Position numbers and translations under genes: made by a program. The notes beneath the pieces are model-generated. The model was given only the letters and a program-made list of their open reading frames with translations, was not told the DNA's origin and searched no databases. A stretch of 64,000 nt of DNA, taken from NCBI RefSeq assembly GCF_009914755.1, contig NC_060930.1; one strand, 5' to 3'. Below are positions 17,060 through 31,556 of the stretch, piece after piece (position 1 is the first letter of the stretch; the number at the start of each line of letters is the position of its first letter). Source of the stretch: the human T2T-CHM13v2.0 reference genome, Homo sapiens.

Positions 17060-18310
17060 GATAGAACAGGATGTCTGGCTTCCAAGTGGGAACCTTTGCA
17101 GTGCAAGGAATAAAAGACAGAATTAAATATGAGTGATGTTGAGAAAGGCAAAAAGATTTTTATTCAGAAGTGTGTCCAGTGGCACACCATGGAAAAGGAA
17201 GGCAAGCAGAGACTGGGCTAAATCTCCATGGTCTCTGGGCAGAAGACAGGTCAGGTCATTGGATTCTCTTACACAGATTCCAATAAGAACAAAGGCATCA
17301 CCTGAGGAGAGGATACACTGAAAGAGTATTTGGAGAATCTCAAGAAGTACATCCCTGGAACAAAATGATGATATTTTTTGGCACTAAGAAGGCAGAAAGG
17401 GCAGACTTGATCACTTATCTTGGAAAAAGCTACTAATGAGTAATAAATTGTCACTGACTTATTAGAAAAAAGAAATGTCTCATGACCTTTTTATATGTAC
17501 CATAATTTAATAGATCTCATACACCAGAATTCAGATCATAAATGACTGACAGAATATTTTTTGTTGGGTAGTCCTGATATAACTAAGACCGGCTTGTGGT
17601 TAAATGAATTGGTTTTTTTGTTTAAATTTTAATAGTAATCCTGATTCTGTAAATGCTGTCACTATTTACTCCTTCTAAAGACATAATTGGACTTCATTAG
17701 TAATGTTCAACTTTTTACAAAGATGGCAAATTATTGGAGATTGATTTTATATTTATATTTAGACTTATATAACTGGCTATGTGAATATATTTAAATACTG
17801 GGGAAATTCCTTCACTGTCTCAGAGCGAAGCAAGATTCAACTGTTTTGCGTTCATTTGTGTCTTAAAGGCAAGGGCTAAAGATAAGGTGGCAAATGTCTA
17901 CTTTATGTTTTTGGTCTTAACTGTGCCAATGTAATTAGAATTCCCTGTATCTAAAATGGTTCCTTTTACTTATTGAAAGGCATTTTAGTGTGGTTTCTGT
18001 GTAATATCAAATAAAGATTATTTAACACTTCTCACATTTTATCGATCATCTGTAAGGTCAAATGCTTTAAAAAATAGCAAGGTAAATGTCACTCTTGAAT
18101 TCTTTACTATCTAAGTCAGACTAAGTTATAATTTAGGACTGTCTTTAAACAGCCATTCAGAAACATAAAACTGTAGAACTGCTGTGTATTTACGACTGGG
18201 AATGGTACTTTTGCCAAATGAAAAGGATCAAAGTAGAGGAGATATACACAAATTTAAAAATTATGTGTGCTCATAAGACAATTAAAAACAAAATTACAGA
18301 TAAAAACAAA
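17060..18310 (+). pseudogene. Processed somatic cytochrome c (CYCS-derived) pseudogene
   Basis: ATG at 17129 reads [26 protein letters not shown], then after frameshifts ...[40 protein letters not shown]...ERADLITYL..KATNE*, with TAA at 17441-17443. No introns. CYCS-like 5'UTR (...AGAATTAAATATG), ~850-bp 3'UTR, ATTAAA at 18281, A-rich tail, degenerate TSD TA(C/T)ACAAAG at 17051 and 18312. The specific CYCSP number cannot be assigned. Confidence 0.96.
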
Positions 18311-21300
18311 GTATACAAAGATGTAAATTTTTATATCTAATCATAAAATGTTAGAGGGAGCAATGAAAGTATAGAGTTTTTATGTGATTAAAATTAAGCT
18401 ATTATCAACTTACACAGCCTCTTATAAGTATAAAATGATTTATGTAAGCCTCATGGTAACCACAAAGCAAACCCTGTAATAGTTGCATAAACATTAAAAG
18501 AAAGAATCCAAAGCGTAACAGCATAGAAAACCATCAAACCTCAAAAGAAGATAGGAAGAAACAAAGCATCTACAAAATAACCAAAAAGCAAATTACCAAA
18601 TGGCAGTAGCCTGTCCTTACCTATTAATAATTACCCTGGACATAAATGAATTAAATTCTCCAATCCTAAGACATAGAGTGACTGAATGTATTTTTAGAAA
18701 AGAAGATCCAACTTATGTCCCTACAAGAATACACATAGGTTGAAAGTAAAGAGTTGGAAAAAGACATTCTGCAAATTGAGCACCAAAAAAGAGCAGGAGT
18801 AGCTACACTTATAACAGACAAAATAAACTTTTAAGATAAAAACTGTAAAAAGAGACAAAGAATATTATTATCTAATAATAAAGAGAACATATTATTGAGA
18901 ACATAATTGTAAATATGTATATGCATACAAAATATATAAAGAACCTAATGTATAAAGCAATTATTAAATAATCAGAAGAAAGAGAAAGACTACAATACAG
19001 TAATAGGAAACTTCAGTATCCCTCCTCGAACAATAGAGAGATCATCTACACAGAACATCACTAAAGAAACATTGAACTTGAATTCTACTTTAGATCAAAT
19101 GGGCCTAAAAGACATAAACAGTATATTACATCCAACAGCAACAGAATACATTTTTTCTAGTCCACATATAACCTTCTCCATGATAGATAATATGTTAGGC
19201 CAAAAAACAAGTCTTTACAAATTTAAGATTAAAAAGTATCTCATATCTTTCCCAATCACAATGGTATTAAAGTAGAAATTAATAAAAGAAGAAATCTAGG
19301 TAAATTCACACATATGTGGAAATTAAACAACAGGCTTCTGAAAAAAATAGGTTAAAGAATTAAAAGGGATGGCAAAAAGTACCTTGAGACTGATGAAAAT
19401 GGAAACATTATATACCACATTTATGAGATGTAGCAAAAGCAGTTTCAAGAGAAAAGTATGTATCAATAAATGCCTATATCAGAAAAAAAGAAAAAGTAAT
19501 CTAAAGATAGACCTCAAAGAATTAGAAAAAGAACTAAGTCTAACGATAGCAAAAAAGAGAAAATAACAAAGATCTATGCAGAAATAAATGAACTAGAGAC
19601 TACAACAATATAAAAAAATCAGTGAAAGAAAGACTTGGTTCTTTGAAAAGATGAAATTGACAAACACTGAACTAAACTAAGAAAAGAAGAAAGAAGACTC
19701 TAATAAATAAAATGAAAGAGGAGATATTGCAAAAGATGTAACAGAAATACAAAGAATTACAAGACACTACTCTGAACAATTCTACACCAACAAATTGTAT
19801 TACCTACCTAGAAGAAACAGATAAATTTCTAGACACATACAATACACTAAGACCCAAACAAGTAGAAATAGAAAATCTGAATAGATAAATTACAAACAAG
19901 GAAACTGAATTAGTTTTAAAAACCTCCCATCAAAATAAGTCCCGGTCCTGTTGGCTTCACAGCTGAACTATACACACATTTAAAGGAGTCTTAATACCGA
20001 TCTTTCTCAAACTCTTTCAAAAAATTGAAGTGAAGGGGATATTTCCAAACTTATTTATGAAGCTAGCATTACCCTGATACCAAAGCCAGACAGGACAATC
20101 CACAAAAAAGAAAATTACAGGACAATATCCCTGATGAGCATAGATGTAAAATTTCTTGACAAAATACTTGGCAACTGAATTCAACAATACAATAAAATAA
20201 ACATTCATCATTATCAACTGGGATTTAACCCTTAGATGCAAAAAGGTTCCAACATATGTGGATCAGTAAATGTGGTGCACCACATTAATAGAATGAAGAT
20301 TTAAAATTTTATAATCATCTTTATAGTTGTAAAAAAAGTACTTAGCAAAATTCAATAGGCTTTCACAAAAAATCTCAATAGATTAAGTAAGAGGGAGTGT
20401 ACTTCAACACAATAAAGGCTATATATGACAAGCCCAAAGCTAATGCCATTCTAAACAGTGAAAAGTTGATAGATTTTTCTCTAAAATCAGGAATAAAACA
20501 AGAATGCCCTGTCTCACCACTTCTATTCAACCTAGTAATGGAAGCTCTAAACAGAGGAGTTAGGCAAGAGGAAGATATCAAAGACATCCAAGTAGTGAAG
20601 GAAAAAAGTGAAATTGTCTCTGTTTCCGGACAACATGATCTTATATACAGGAAACCCTAGAGATTACATGTACACACACAAACACATACACACACAACTG
20701 TTATAACTAATAAATTAATTTAGTAAAGATGCAGGATACAAAGTCAACAAGAAAAAAATCAGAGGTGTTTCTATAAGCTAATAATAGACTATCTAAAGAG
20801 AAAATTAAGAAAACAATTCAATTTACAATGGCAACAAAATATAAAATATTTGGACATAAATTTAACAAGGAAAATGAAAAATCCATACACTGAGAATTAT
20901 AAAACACTGGTGAAAGAAATGGAGGAAAACACAAATAAATGGAAATATATCCTGTGTTCATGAATTGAAAGAATTGATATTATATAAATGTCCATACTAC
21001 CCAAAGTGATCTACAGATTCAATACAACCTTATCAAAATTTCAATGTCATTTTTCACAGAAATCGAAGAAAATCCTAGAATTTATATGGAACCACTAAAG
21101 ATACAAAATAGCCAAAACAATCTTGAGCAAGAGGAACAAATTTGGAGGCATCACACTTCCTTATTTCAAAATATATTATAAAGCTACTTAAAACAACATA
21201 GTACTGGAATAAAAACAGTCACATTGGCCAATGAAGCAGATGAGCCCAGAAAAAAAGTCATAAACTCATGTATTTTTGCACAATTATATTTTGACAAAGG

Positions 21301-22554
21301 TACCAAGAACACACAATGAGAAAAGGATAGTTTATTCAATAAATGGTGCTAGGAAAACCAGATGTCCACATGCAGAAGAATGGCATTGCATCTGTATCTT
21401 ATACCTTATAAATAAATCAACTCAAAATGGGATACGGACTTAAATATAATATCTGAAACTATAAAACTACTGGAAGAAAACAAGGAAATAGTTTGTTGAA
21501 GTTGGTTTGGGCAATGATTTTTTGGATATGACCCAAAAAGCACAAGCAAAAAAAAAGGACAAATAAGATTCCATCCCACTTAACAAAACTGCCATTGAAA
21601 TAACTGAGATTTCAGAATGTGGCTGGAGATGACTAATGCTCCAAATGGAGTTATCAAATTATTGAGTATGCTCCTCATCAGTTATATTTTACATTCAGCT
21701 TTTCTTCACAGGCATTTTTACTTTATGTTAGGTAATTATTTTTATCAGTTTTGCCACATTTTCAAAGGAATAAAATAAAAAGAAAAATCAAATTTTTTAA
21801 AAGTCTAAATTTAATGATTTCTGATGAATATTTATAAAATGTTGATTTGATTTTTAGTATCCTCAGCTCTTTATGTTAACTCTGAAAATCTTGGTCTAAT
21901 CTTGGTATACCAAAATCAAGGATTAAGAAAAAGAGATATTTTTTTCCTCAAACACTTTGAAAGCAAAATGAAATTTAGAAACATGACAGAACAGTGGAAA
22001 TGCACTAAATATAATGTTGTCCTAAAATAAGGGTTAAGAGGTCAAAATTGCAATAGTTTTACATAAGCAAGATAATTTATGTTGCAGTGATGAAACATTC
22101 AACTAAGAATTTAGAATAGTCTCAGTGTGGCAGAAGCCACACTAATAGAATGGTTAGATATAAGAAAATGTATCTTATGTGCCAGTTTAGATCAATTTTT
22201 ATTCTTAAGCGATGTCATTGTTATATGAGAAAAAAATAATAAACTAGTGATGTCAGTTTTAAATGAGAGGAATTTGTGGCACACATACTATGTATTTATT
22301 CCTGTTTTTCTAATGTCTATTTTTTTCTAGGTTTCCTTATGACGTTTAGTGGTAAATAAACAAGACTGGGAATTTTCTTCATAGAGATGAAAAAATAATG
22401 TCTACACGTGGGAACAGAAATAGTGTACATATGGGAAAAGGAACTGCTGACAATTTTTATAGGCATGTCATAGGACTGAAACAAGAGAACTTTGAACAAA
22501 TTCTGATTCATGAAGGTAGTGGAGACTAATGAGTCTGCTTTAAAGCAAGTGTAT

Positions 22555-23062
22555 GCGTCAGTTTCAGTTATCTGTTTCTAAAGAATAAGCCACCTCAAAA
22601 CCTGGTGAATTGGAACAACCATTTATTTGCTAGAGAGTCTACAGTATAACAACTTGATCTGGGCTCAGGTAGCTAGTTGTTATGTTGGTCCCAGCTGGGG
22701 TCACCTTAAGTGGTTGCAGTCATCTGATGGCTCCATTTGGACTGGATGGGGTACGATGGTCTCACTCACATGTCCAATAGTGTGTGCTGTCTTGTACAAC
22801 TCTATGTGTCCCTCTGTCCCCCAGTAAACCAAACTAGCATTTTTACATGGCATCATAAGGACAATGTTTCACAAAGGCAAATGCAGAAGCTGCAAGTTTT
22901 CATATGCCCTAAGTTCCAGAGTTCATATAATTGTTACTTCCATGATATTTTATGGGTCAATCCAAATCCCCAAGGCTAATCAAGATTCAATGGGTGGGAG
23001 AATAGATTCCACTTTTTGATGTAATGAATTGCAAAATACCATATCCATTGAAATCTACCACA
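22555..23062 (-). mobile_element. MLT1-family (ERVL-MaLR) solo LTR
   Basis: CAGTTATCTGTTTC...AGCCACCTCAAAACCTGGTG...AACAACCATTTATTTGCT start and ...AAATCTACCACA end resemble antisense old MLT1. Confidence 0.7.
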
Positions 23063-25419
23063 GGGGTTGTTGCATTTCTTGCAATTTTCAAACACAAAAA
23101 TTATTTACAAAAATAATTTTCATGAGACTAGAGAAGAAAATTATTGATTAAAGTATTGATAATATTAAGAAAGCACAAGGGAACATGTACTTTATAAGGG
23201 AACTTAATTGTAAGATTTATGTCTTATTATCTTATCATTCATGTAGAAGAGTACTTGTCATCTAGTAAGTGAGAAATAAAGTTTTGTTTTATAATAAATA
23301 GATTTAAAATATTTGAAGTCGGTTATGAGTAAAAAGGATTTTCAAATTTTTTCTATACCTTTAGGTCTAAGAAACAAGTTAACTATAAAATGATAGGACA
23401 TATATTTGAAATGAGCAGTTTGGGACCTAGATATGGTGATGTTTTAATCAAATGAGCAAGAGAGCCTTATGTGCATCAGTGTGTTACCAATGTTAAAAGC
23501 AAAGAACTACAAATTGGATAAAAATTGCCACAGCATACTTTCCGATTTTATAGCAGCATCCACATTAACATGGAAAATGTAAAGGCATTTATGGACTATT
23601 TGCACTTCTATGTAAAACGTCTCATAATAATCACATATTTATGGCTAAGCACATTTTAAATCTATAGAACTTTTAAATAAGTTGCAGGTTCTACAGATAT
23701 TTCTAATGGGGGTTTTGCCACCTGGAATTCAAATTTCAAATCAAGTATTGCAAACTTAGTGGCTCATTATAAATGGACAGAATTGTAGGTTTGTATTTAC
23801 CATCTTGACAGGATAACTAGCAATGACAAGAGACAAAACATCAAGTGTACTAATTAATGATCACTTTAAATCTTTTTGAGGAAAATAAAATTAGTATATT
23901 TTCAGGTACTTTAAAAATATTATTGTCAGGTAAAATTGCAGCTTGTCAATTGTGATGAAAATTTAGTTAAATGTATCTTCAGGATTTTAAAGGAGTCTAT
24001 CATGTTATCAAGAAATTATATAGGACTACAAGCTAATTAGAAATATGATTAATATAAAAATGTGCATCACTGATTTCAAAAATCTTAGAAATCAATAAAG
24101 CATAGCAAATTGAAAACATTAAACTGTATAATTTGAATAATTTACAGAAAACTTTTTTTTTTCAAGTACTTCAATGAAGTGCAAACAAGCCCCCTTGAAA
24201 TTAAGGCACCATCCCTAATATGAATTAGCAATAAAATGCATATCTTTGCTCTTATCCCAACACTATCAGTTAACATAGATACTCTTTACTTTCTGCAAAA
24301 TTTTTACAGCAGATTAGAGTTAATAGAATAATTGTATTGTATCTTTCCCCTCAAACAACTGCCATTACCAAGCAAATATAAGTGGCCACTCAGTGGTTTC
24401 TGAAGCTTTCAATACAATGTTTCTTTAAGGTTCCCCTTCTCATCATCTCAAGAACCACAGTTCCTATAACGCAGCAAACAAATTTTCTTGCACTCCTTCT
24501 AACAGTAAAAATCAATTTTCCTTGCCTTGATATTTGCGTGGAACCCATTAGGAGGCCTTCCTGTCACATGTTCTTTAACATAAATCCTGGCCTGACACAT
24601 ATCCTCGCAACCCTGATCTCAAAATCTATTTCCTCTGGAGACATGTACTACATAAACTGTGTTACTTTGTAGATATCTCAAACAGTTATTGGAACAAATT
24701 GTGAAAGTTAAATAAAAATTATCACCTTATACATTTTCTTAATTCTGTTTGCATAAAAGGAAAGCAATTATTTCAGAAATTGTTGCTTGTAATTCTCTTG
24801 TAAACTTTTTAATGAGTGTAGACTTACTCTCTTAATAATTAAGAACATAAAAAAGTAAATACATTATACATGTGTAAATATGTTTAAAGTAAATTTCAGA
24901 AAAATAATGCTCTCATAAATAAGATTGACAATAAATATGAATTTATATTGAATTTAACATGTTAGGAGTTATGCAAAGAAAAGGTAGGTGATATATGATC
25001 TATTCTTAACACATTATTAGTGCTATTCATATGAAAGCACTGAATTGAAAAAATAAGGAATGAAAATAATTATCGATTTCTAATTCTCAGCTATATCCAA
25101 TCCAATATCTAAAGCAGTATTTTATAGCAAAACTGTATAAAATATTAAATCATTACAGCAAGGTCATGTAACTCTTTTCTACCTCCCAAACTCTCTCTCA
25201 TTCAGAATCTCCCCTTTATTTACTTTGGCATGCATATTCTCACCATAATTTTTAACACCAAATAGTAATAAGGACAGCTTACAAACGCTAATACACCCCC
25301 CAAAATAATAATATATAGAAATAATGGGCGAAGTAGAGTGGGAAAAATGTAAAGAAGGATGGACACTCTCAATTGTCTAAATAACTTCTATTTCATCTAT
25401 CTACCTTTGAATTTCTTTT

Positions 25420-25859
25420 CTGTTCAAGTTCATTCTCTATCCCATGTGACTGAGGGGAAGGTGACCTTTGCTTCTTACCCCAGAAGGGTAATCTGATATA
25501 TCCCAAGCTAAGCTCAGAACTCTCCTTTCCTTAACCACTGTGTTCTCGCAGTAGGGTATTTCACCTATTTCTGGCCAATGACATGCAAAGAGGAGTCTAT
25601 GAAGGCCTCTGGCAATACTTTCCCTTAATTTTTCTCAGAACACAGCTAAATATGGTACCTGGAACGGCTGCATATTCCCCATTACCAGACTTAGGGAGAA
25701 GGGCAAAACCAAAATGACTGCAGAAATGTGAACTATGCCTGAACGCTACACTTGCTCTGGACTTCTGTTATGCAATATACCATTTTTCTCACTGTTTCAA
25801 TCCCATTGAGAAAGGAATCTTGTTTGTTATGTACAATAGATGGCATTTTAACTGATACA
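25420..25859 (+). mobile_element. Old MLT1-like LTR fragment
   Basis: TTCTGGCCAATGACATGC motif and terminal TTAACTGATACA. Highly degenerate. Confidence 0.45.
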
Positions 25860-27223
25860 AATTAGTAACCCAATAATTCCAAGTAACTTTGTAGATTTCT
25901 TTCTTTTTAAAATCATAGTGGCAAGAGTCCCAGGAATATATTCTTGAAAATTAAAACCCTCCAAAGTGTCCCTACTGTTTCTGACTGTTCCCAAATAGGT
26001 TTTTCATATGTGGATCCATACATCACTCTTTCAACTATAGCTACTGCACAGTCTCTGCTCTATTCTTGTTCTTTTGCTCTGTCTTCTGATTATCCAACTC
26101 CTCTTCCCACTATTCAGAGAAGCCTCAACATTGGTGGTGCTCATCAGAAAAATAAATAATATTCATGCAAAGTTGGCTATCACCAAACATTGACAAATAT
26201 TTTTAAGATTCTGGCTGCATTGTTGTTTTCTGCACAGAGAGGCAAAACATGCTATCCCTAGTTCTGTACAACACATGTTTTCCTTGTTCCCAATGCAGTT
26301 TTGACTTTGCCCAAAATTACTCGACACATTTCTGCCTTTAACTCCTCCTTCATTCAGGGCTCAAAAACAGGCCATGCAGGGAAACAGAATGCATCATATC
26401 ACTGCTATTATTATCTCATCTCTCTCCGTTTCTTAACAGAAAGGAAAAGTTTCAATGAATTCAAGCAGACATTGTGGAGGGCTGGTTTTTGTGGCAGTGA
26501 ATGGACTCCAGCCTAACCTGCTTTGTTACAAAGACAAGAAAAATAGACTTCATGGCTGGATGTTTTTCCCATTAAAATAGCTATTTATTTTTTCTTATTT
26601 TTTACAAAAACTGCTTGTTCAAGTACTACAGGCAATTTCCAAACGTTTCTTTAATTTAATTAGATTTTTTAAACACTCAAAATAGCAACCCTCCTGGGGA
26701 TAATTCGAATTTAAGACACATTCTGAGTCAAAACCTGCCCACAAACTTTATGTTTATTGATCTAAAATGGCAATAACAACTGAAATATTATAATTTCACT
26801 TAGCCTGCTAAGTTACTTTTTATGACTTGTGTCAATTATCGTCACAGCATAGCAACTAAATATCACCCCATAGCAACTAAGTATCAGAATATTTATGGAC
26901 TAATCCCAGATGAAAACATATGTTGTCTGGGATGACTAAATGACAGAGACTGCAAACTTACTATTTATATGGATATGCAAATAACATAAATGAGTGGGCC
27001 ATATAGGGTGGCTTGGGACAAAATAGGAAGCATATACCTGGTCTGGAAGCACGTGTTCCTCTAAAAGGGCTACCAATCCTCAGCTTCATGGCTGAAAGGT
27101 AGAAATATATATTATCATACCTTCTGGTTTTTCAAGATAAGCTGGAATTCAAGGTTTCTATGTAAAATCTTTAAGTATTTCAATATTGACTACTTTTTCA
27201 AAATGTATCAAAACACTATATAG

Positions 27224-28250
<1,027 letters not shown>

Positions 28251-30059
28251 CAAACCCTTATGTGGACCTATTAAAGTATATCTGCAGGTCGGAGTTAGTC
28301 TAGGGTTTTCAGGTTACGTACTCTGCTTTAGCCGTCAGTCTTCAGGAAAATCACTCAGGCTTCAAGGGTCTTAAGACAGTGGAAAGGCTGACTTCCAGCA
28401 TGACAATGAAGCACTAAAATTGCTAGAGACGTCAACCTCCTAACTGTTTTATAAATTTCCATGAGAATATCCAAATACTAAGGGAAAAAAAACCTTAAGT
28501 AAAGTATTTTATAGAATTAAAGTATTTTACAGAATTTTATCAGTTTTTTCCCAAATCCTCAATAATTAGAAAAGTCAATTAGGTAATTATAACATAACTA
28601 GGATCCTTATCGTTGACTTACACCATAAGAATGGACAAGAACGTAAATAAGATGAGTCTGACTTGCTTAACAAAAATTTCTAATTCAAGGAAATAGGAAA
28701 AAAGCCAACCTGAAAAATGGAGCCATTATTAACCTTGGACACACAAATATAGAAAGGCTTTCCAAAGAAAAATTAAATCCCTAGTCCTCTATTTTGCCTC
28801 TATGCCTTAGAATTCTCAAAGATACTTTAAGCCTATTCTATACTGCCATTTTCCAAATTAGAACTCCTTGGAAAGGGAATTCTTGTTTCCACTGCAGAAC
28901 CCAGAAAAGATCTCTGTATATAAAAATGGGAAGCTCTAAATGGCGTCTCACATTTAGAAGGAGAAAAAGTAGTTACTGAATATCTGGTTTGTGTCATCCA
29001 CGGTATTGGGCATTAACTCACTACCTGTCTTTCATCTTCAAAAGAGTGAAGCAAAACCTGACAGCACCTAGCCAAAATTAAATGAGGGTCCTTTTTTTCC
29101 TGTTCTTCAACATTGCATTTGCATAGGTGTCTCTTTGTTAAAGATAAGGAAAGAAAAGACAAAAATAGTGACACATGACATAAGAATGTTACCAATTGCA
29201 TAAGAATGTTAATGCCTTAAACACTCAAGGAGCAAAGTTTATAATTAAAGTAATGTATAACAGATCAAAGTGTTAATAAAAATTTATTTAAGGCTTCAGA
29301 AAATGTAATAGCAATAACTTTTTTAGGAAAAAAATTATTCTATACTGTTTTTACAATTACCATGAGATAAATATAAGGCAAGAATGGATAAAATTTAGCT
29401 GTAAAGGTTGTGGAGAAAGAAAAGAAATGGTGCAACATGCATTTAAGTGAGATATTATCCAAGGCAATTTGATTTAAAAAATGACATGTGTGATTTAAAC
29501 CATATAGTGTTCTGCAATAATTCTGATGTAACTAAAAGATATTGGGACAATTTAGCAAACATCATGAGGAAGTTAAGCCAGACAACCAGGATACTTTTTA
29601 TACCTACCTATCTCAAAGCTAGTTCTAGTGTGTATAGGAGCGATACTAGACTCTGGAAATATTGATTTCTATGCCTTCTCTCACTCCTGATGTTGGTCAG
29701 GTTTTTCAGTTTTGAAGGTTACTATCCTTCTAGTATCCCTGGGATATATTAAGGTCAACAACAGATTCCATAGTGAAGCCAGATCTCTCCAACAGAAAGA
29801 ATAATTACTTCAATCCTCCACAACCCATCTGTGGACAATTAATTTAACACCTTTGACACCCAGTTTCTTTAATCAGAAGACTGTGTTAGTGAGAACAAAT
29901 TATCAAAGAAGATAACATGAATTTCACTATTATTCCCTTTCCCACCCTTATTTTTAGGTCAAGGTATTTCTTACAGTTGAAAGTTGCTGTATTGTATGAT
30001 TCAGTAATCTACCAGAGCAATGGTAACCACATTTCTCCAGACTCACCTGTCTGCTAGAG

Positions 30060-30646
30060 CAGGCATCCCCAACCCCTGGGCCATGGATCAGTATCTGTCC
30101 ATGGACTCTAAGGAACTGGGCCACATAGCAGGAGGCTAGTGGCAGACCACTGAGCAAAGCTTATCTGTATTTACAGCCACTCCTGATCATTTACATTATC
30201 TCATCTGTATTTACAGCCTCTCCCCATCGCTTGCATTACCACCTGAGCCCCACCTCTCGTCAGATCAGCAGCAGCATTAGATTTTCACAGAAGCATGAAC
30301 CCTATTGTGAATTGCACATATAAGGGATCTAGGTTGCATGCTCCTTATGAAAATCTAATATTTGATGATCTGTCACTGTCTCCCATCACCTTCAGATGAG
30401 ACTGTCTAGTTGCAGGAAAATGAGATCAGGGCTTCCATTGATTCCACATTATGGCACAATGTATAATTATTTCATTATATATAAATTATATATACAAATT
30501 ATCATATATAATAAAAATAAAGTGCAAAATAAATGTAATGCACTTTGAATCACCCCAAAATCATCCCCTCCCATGCCACCTGGGTTTGTGAAAAAATTTT
30601 CCTCCATAAAACCAGTCTCCAGTGCCAAAAAGGTTGGGGACTGCTG
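30060..30646 (+). mobile_element. MER1A hAT-Charlie MITE
   Basis: TIRs CAGGCATCCCCAACC / GGTTGGGGACTGCTG and perfect 8-bp TSD TGCTAGAG (30052-30059, 30647-30654). Confidence 0.92.
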
Positions 30647-30959
30647 TGCTAGAGAATCTGTTGTACTCCCACTCACCATGGGAAAGACATGCAGTTACCG
30701 AGTCAAATGTTGACAGTGTTTCTCAGAGAGGCAGCCAACACCCAGAGCAATGGCCTCACTCCCTGACATAGCACTAGGAACCTTTTTTAGCTGATGGAAG
30801 GAGAAGCCACTATTGGACAGCTTCTACACTTGATTAACTTGATTGGTTAAAGTGTTATTCACACAGTACATTCACGTTTATATTAAAGAGAAAGCATAGC
30901 TGCAAATTCAGATTAGAAAAGCGCCCCAACAATCATGAGTAATATACACAGTAACTATG

Positions 30960-31556
30960 TTCCTAGTGTAAACACTTTTAAAAAATCACTTAAACTGCCT
31001 TCATTAATAAAGAAATGATTAATTTTGAAAAATATATATACACAAGGTAACCTAAAATGAAAATGCAAAAAAGAAACCCAAACATAGACTTATGAAAAAG
31101 GTGTAAAGCCTCATTTTAAGTTGATTCAATGTAAAATTATTTTCTCTATAAAGTACAGCTAAAATAAGTACACAAATTTTAATATAATAACTAGGAAAGC
31201 ATAAAAATGTTTCTAAAAAGGAGTGAGGATAAACAAAAATGAAATTTTGAACTACTAGATTGTTTCAAGAGATAATAAATCCTAGTCCACCAGCAAAAGA
31301 GAAAAACAAACAAAACCATAAGAAGGCAACATTAGAGAAATTATGATAATTAAGTGACAAAGGCTAAGCCAAGGATAACATTACAAAAGTGAATATAAAT
31401 GTTTTAAAATGTCTCTATTAAAAAAACAAATACTAAGGGTTTGAATTTTAAAAGAGCACAATACAATGATGTCTCTTTAGAAAGACATATCTAAAAATAA
31501 AATAATCTTAAAAATAGACAAAAGCTGGTTAGTTAAATGTAAACTAAAAGGAAAGC
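30960..31556 (+). mobile_element. Old L1M fragment (ORF1 end / ORF2 start)
   Basis: A-rich sequence with degenerate endonuclease-start motifs (AATATAAATGTTTTAAAATGTCTCTATTAAAA; AAAAGGAAAGCTG). Confidence 0.5.

Larger units (their letters stand above)
11970..21575 (+). mobile_element. Old near-full-length L1 (L1M/L1MA-type): 5'UTR, decayed ORF1 and ORF2, 3'-truncated; hosts the AT array and the CYCS pseudogene
   Basis: ORF1 remnants at ~12780-12890 and 16150-16880. ORF2 ATG at 18600 (MAVACPYLLIITL...). Track ORFs 19072 (endonuclease end) and 20397 ([15 protein letters not shown]...[18 protein letters not shown]). Decayed FADD reads FPDN at ~20622. Homology stops near the DKWD motif at ~21575. 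Confidence 0.92.

Noticed and set aside
17133-17321. 62-aa ORF over the CYCS pseudogene
   Set aside because: Off-frame translation of the pseudogene with a GTG start. The true frame is broken.
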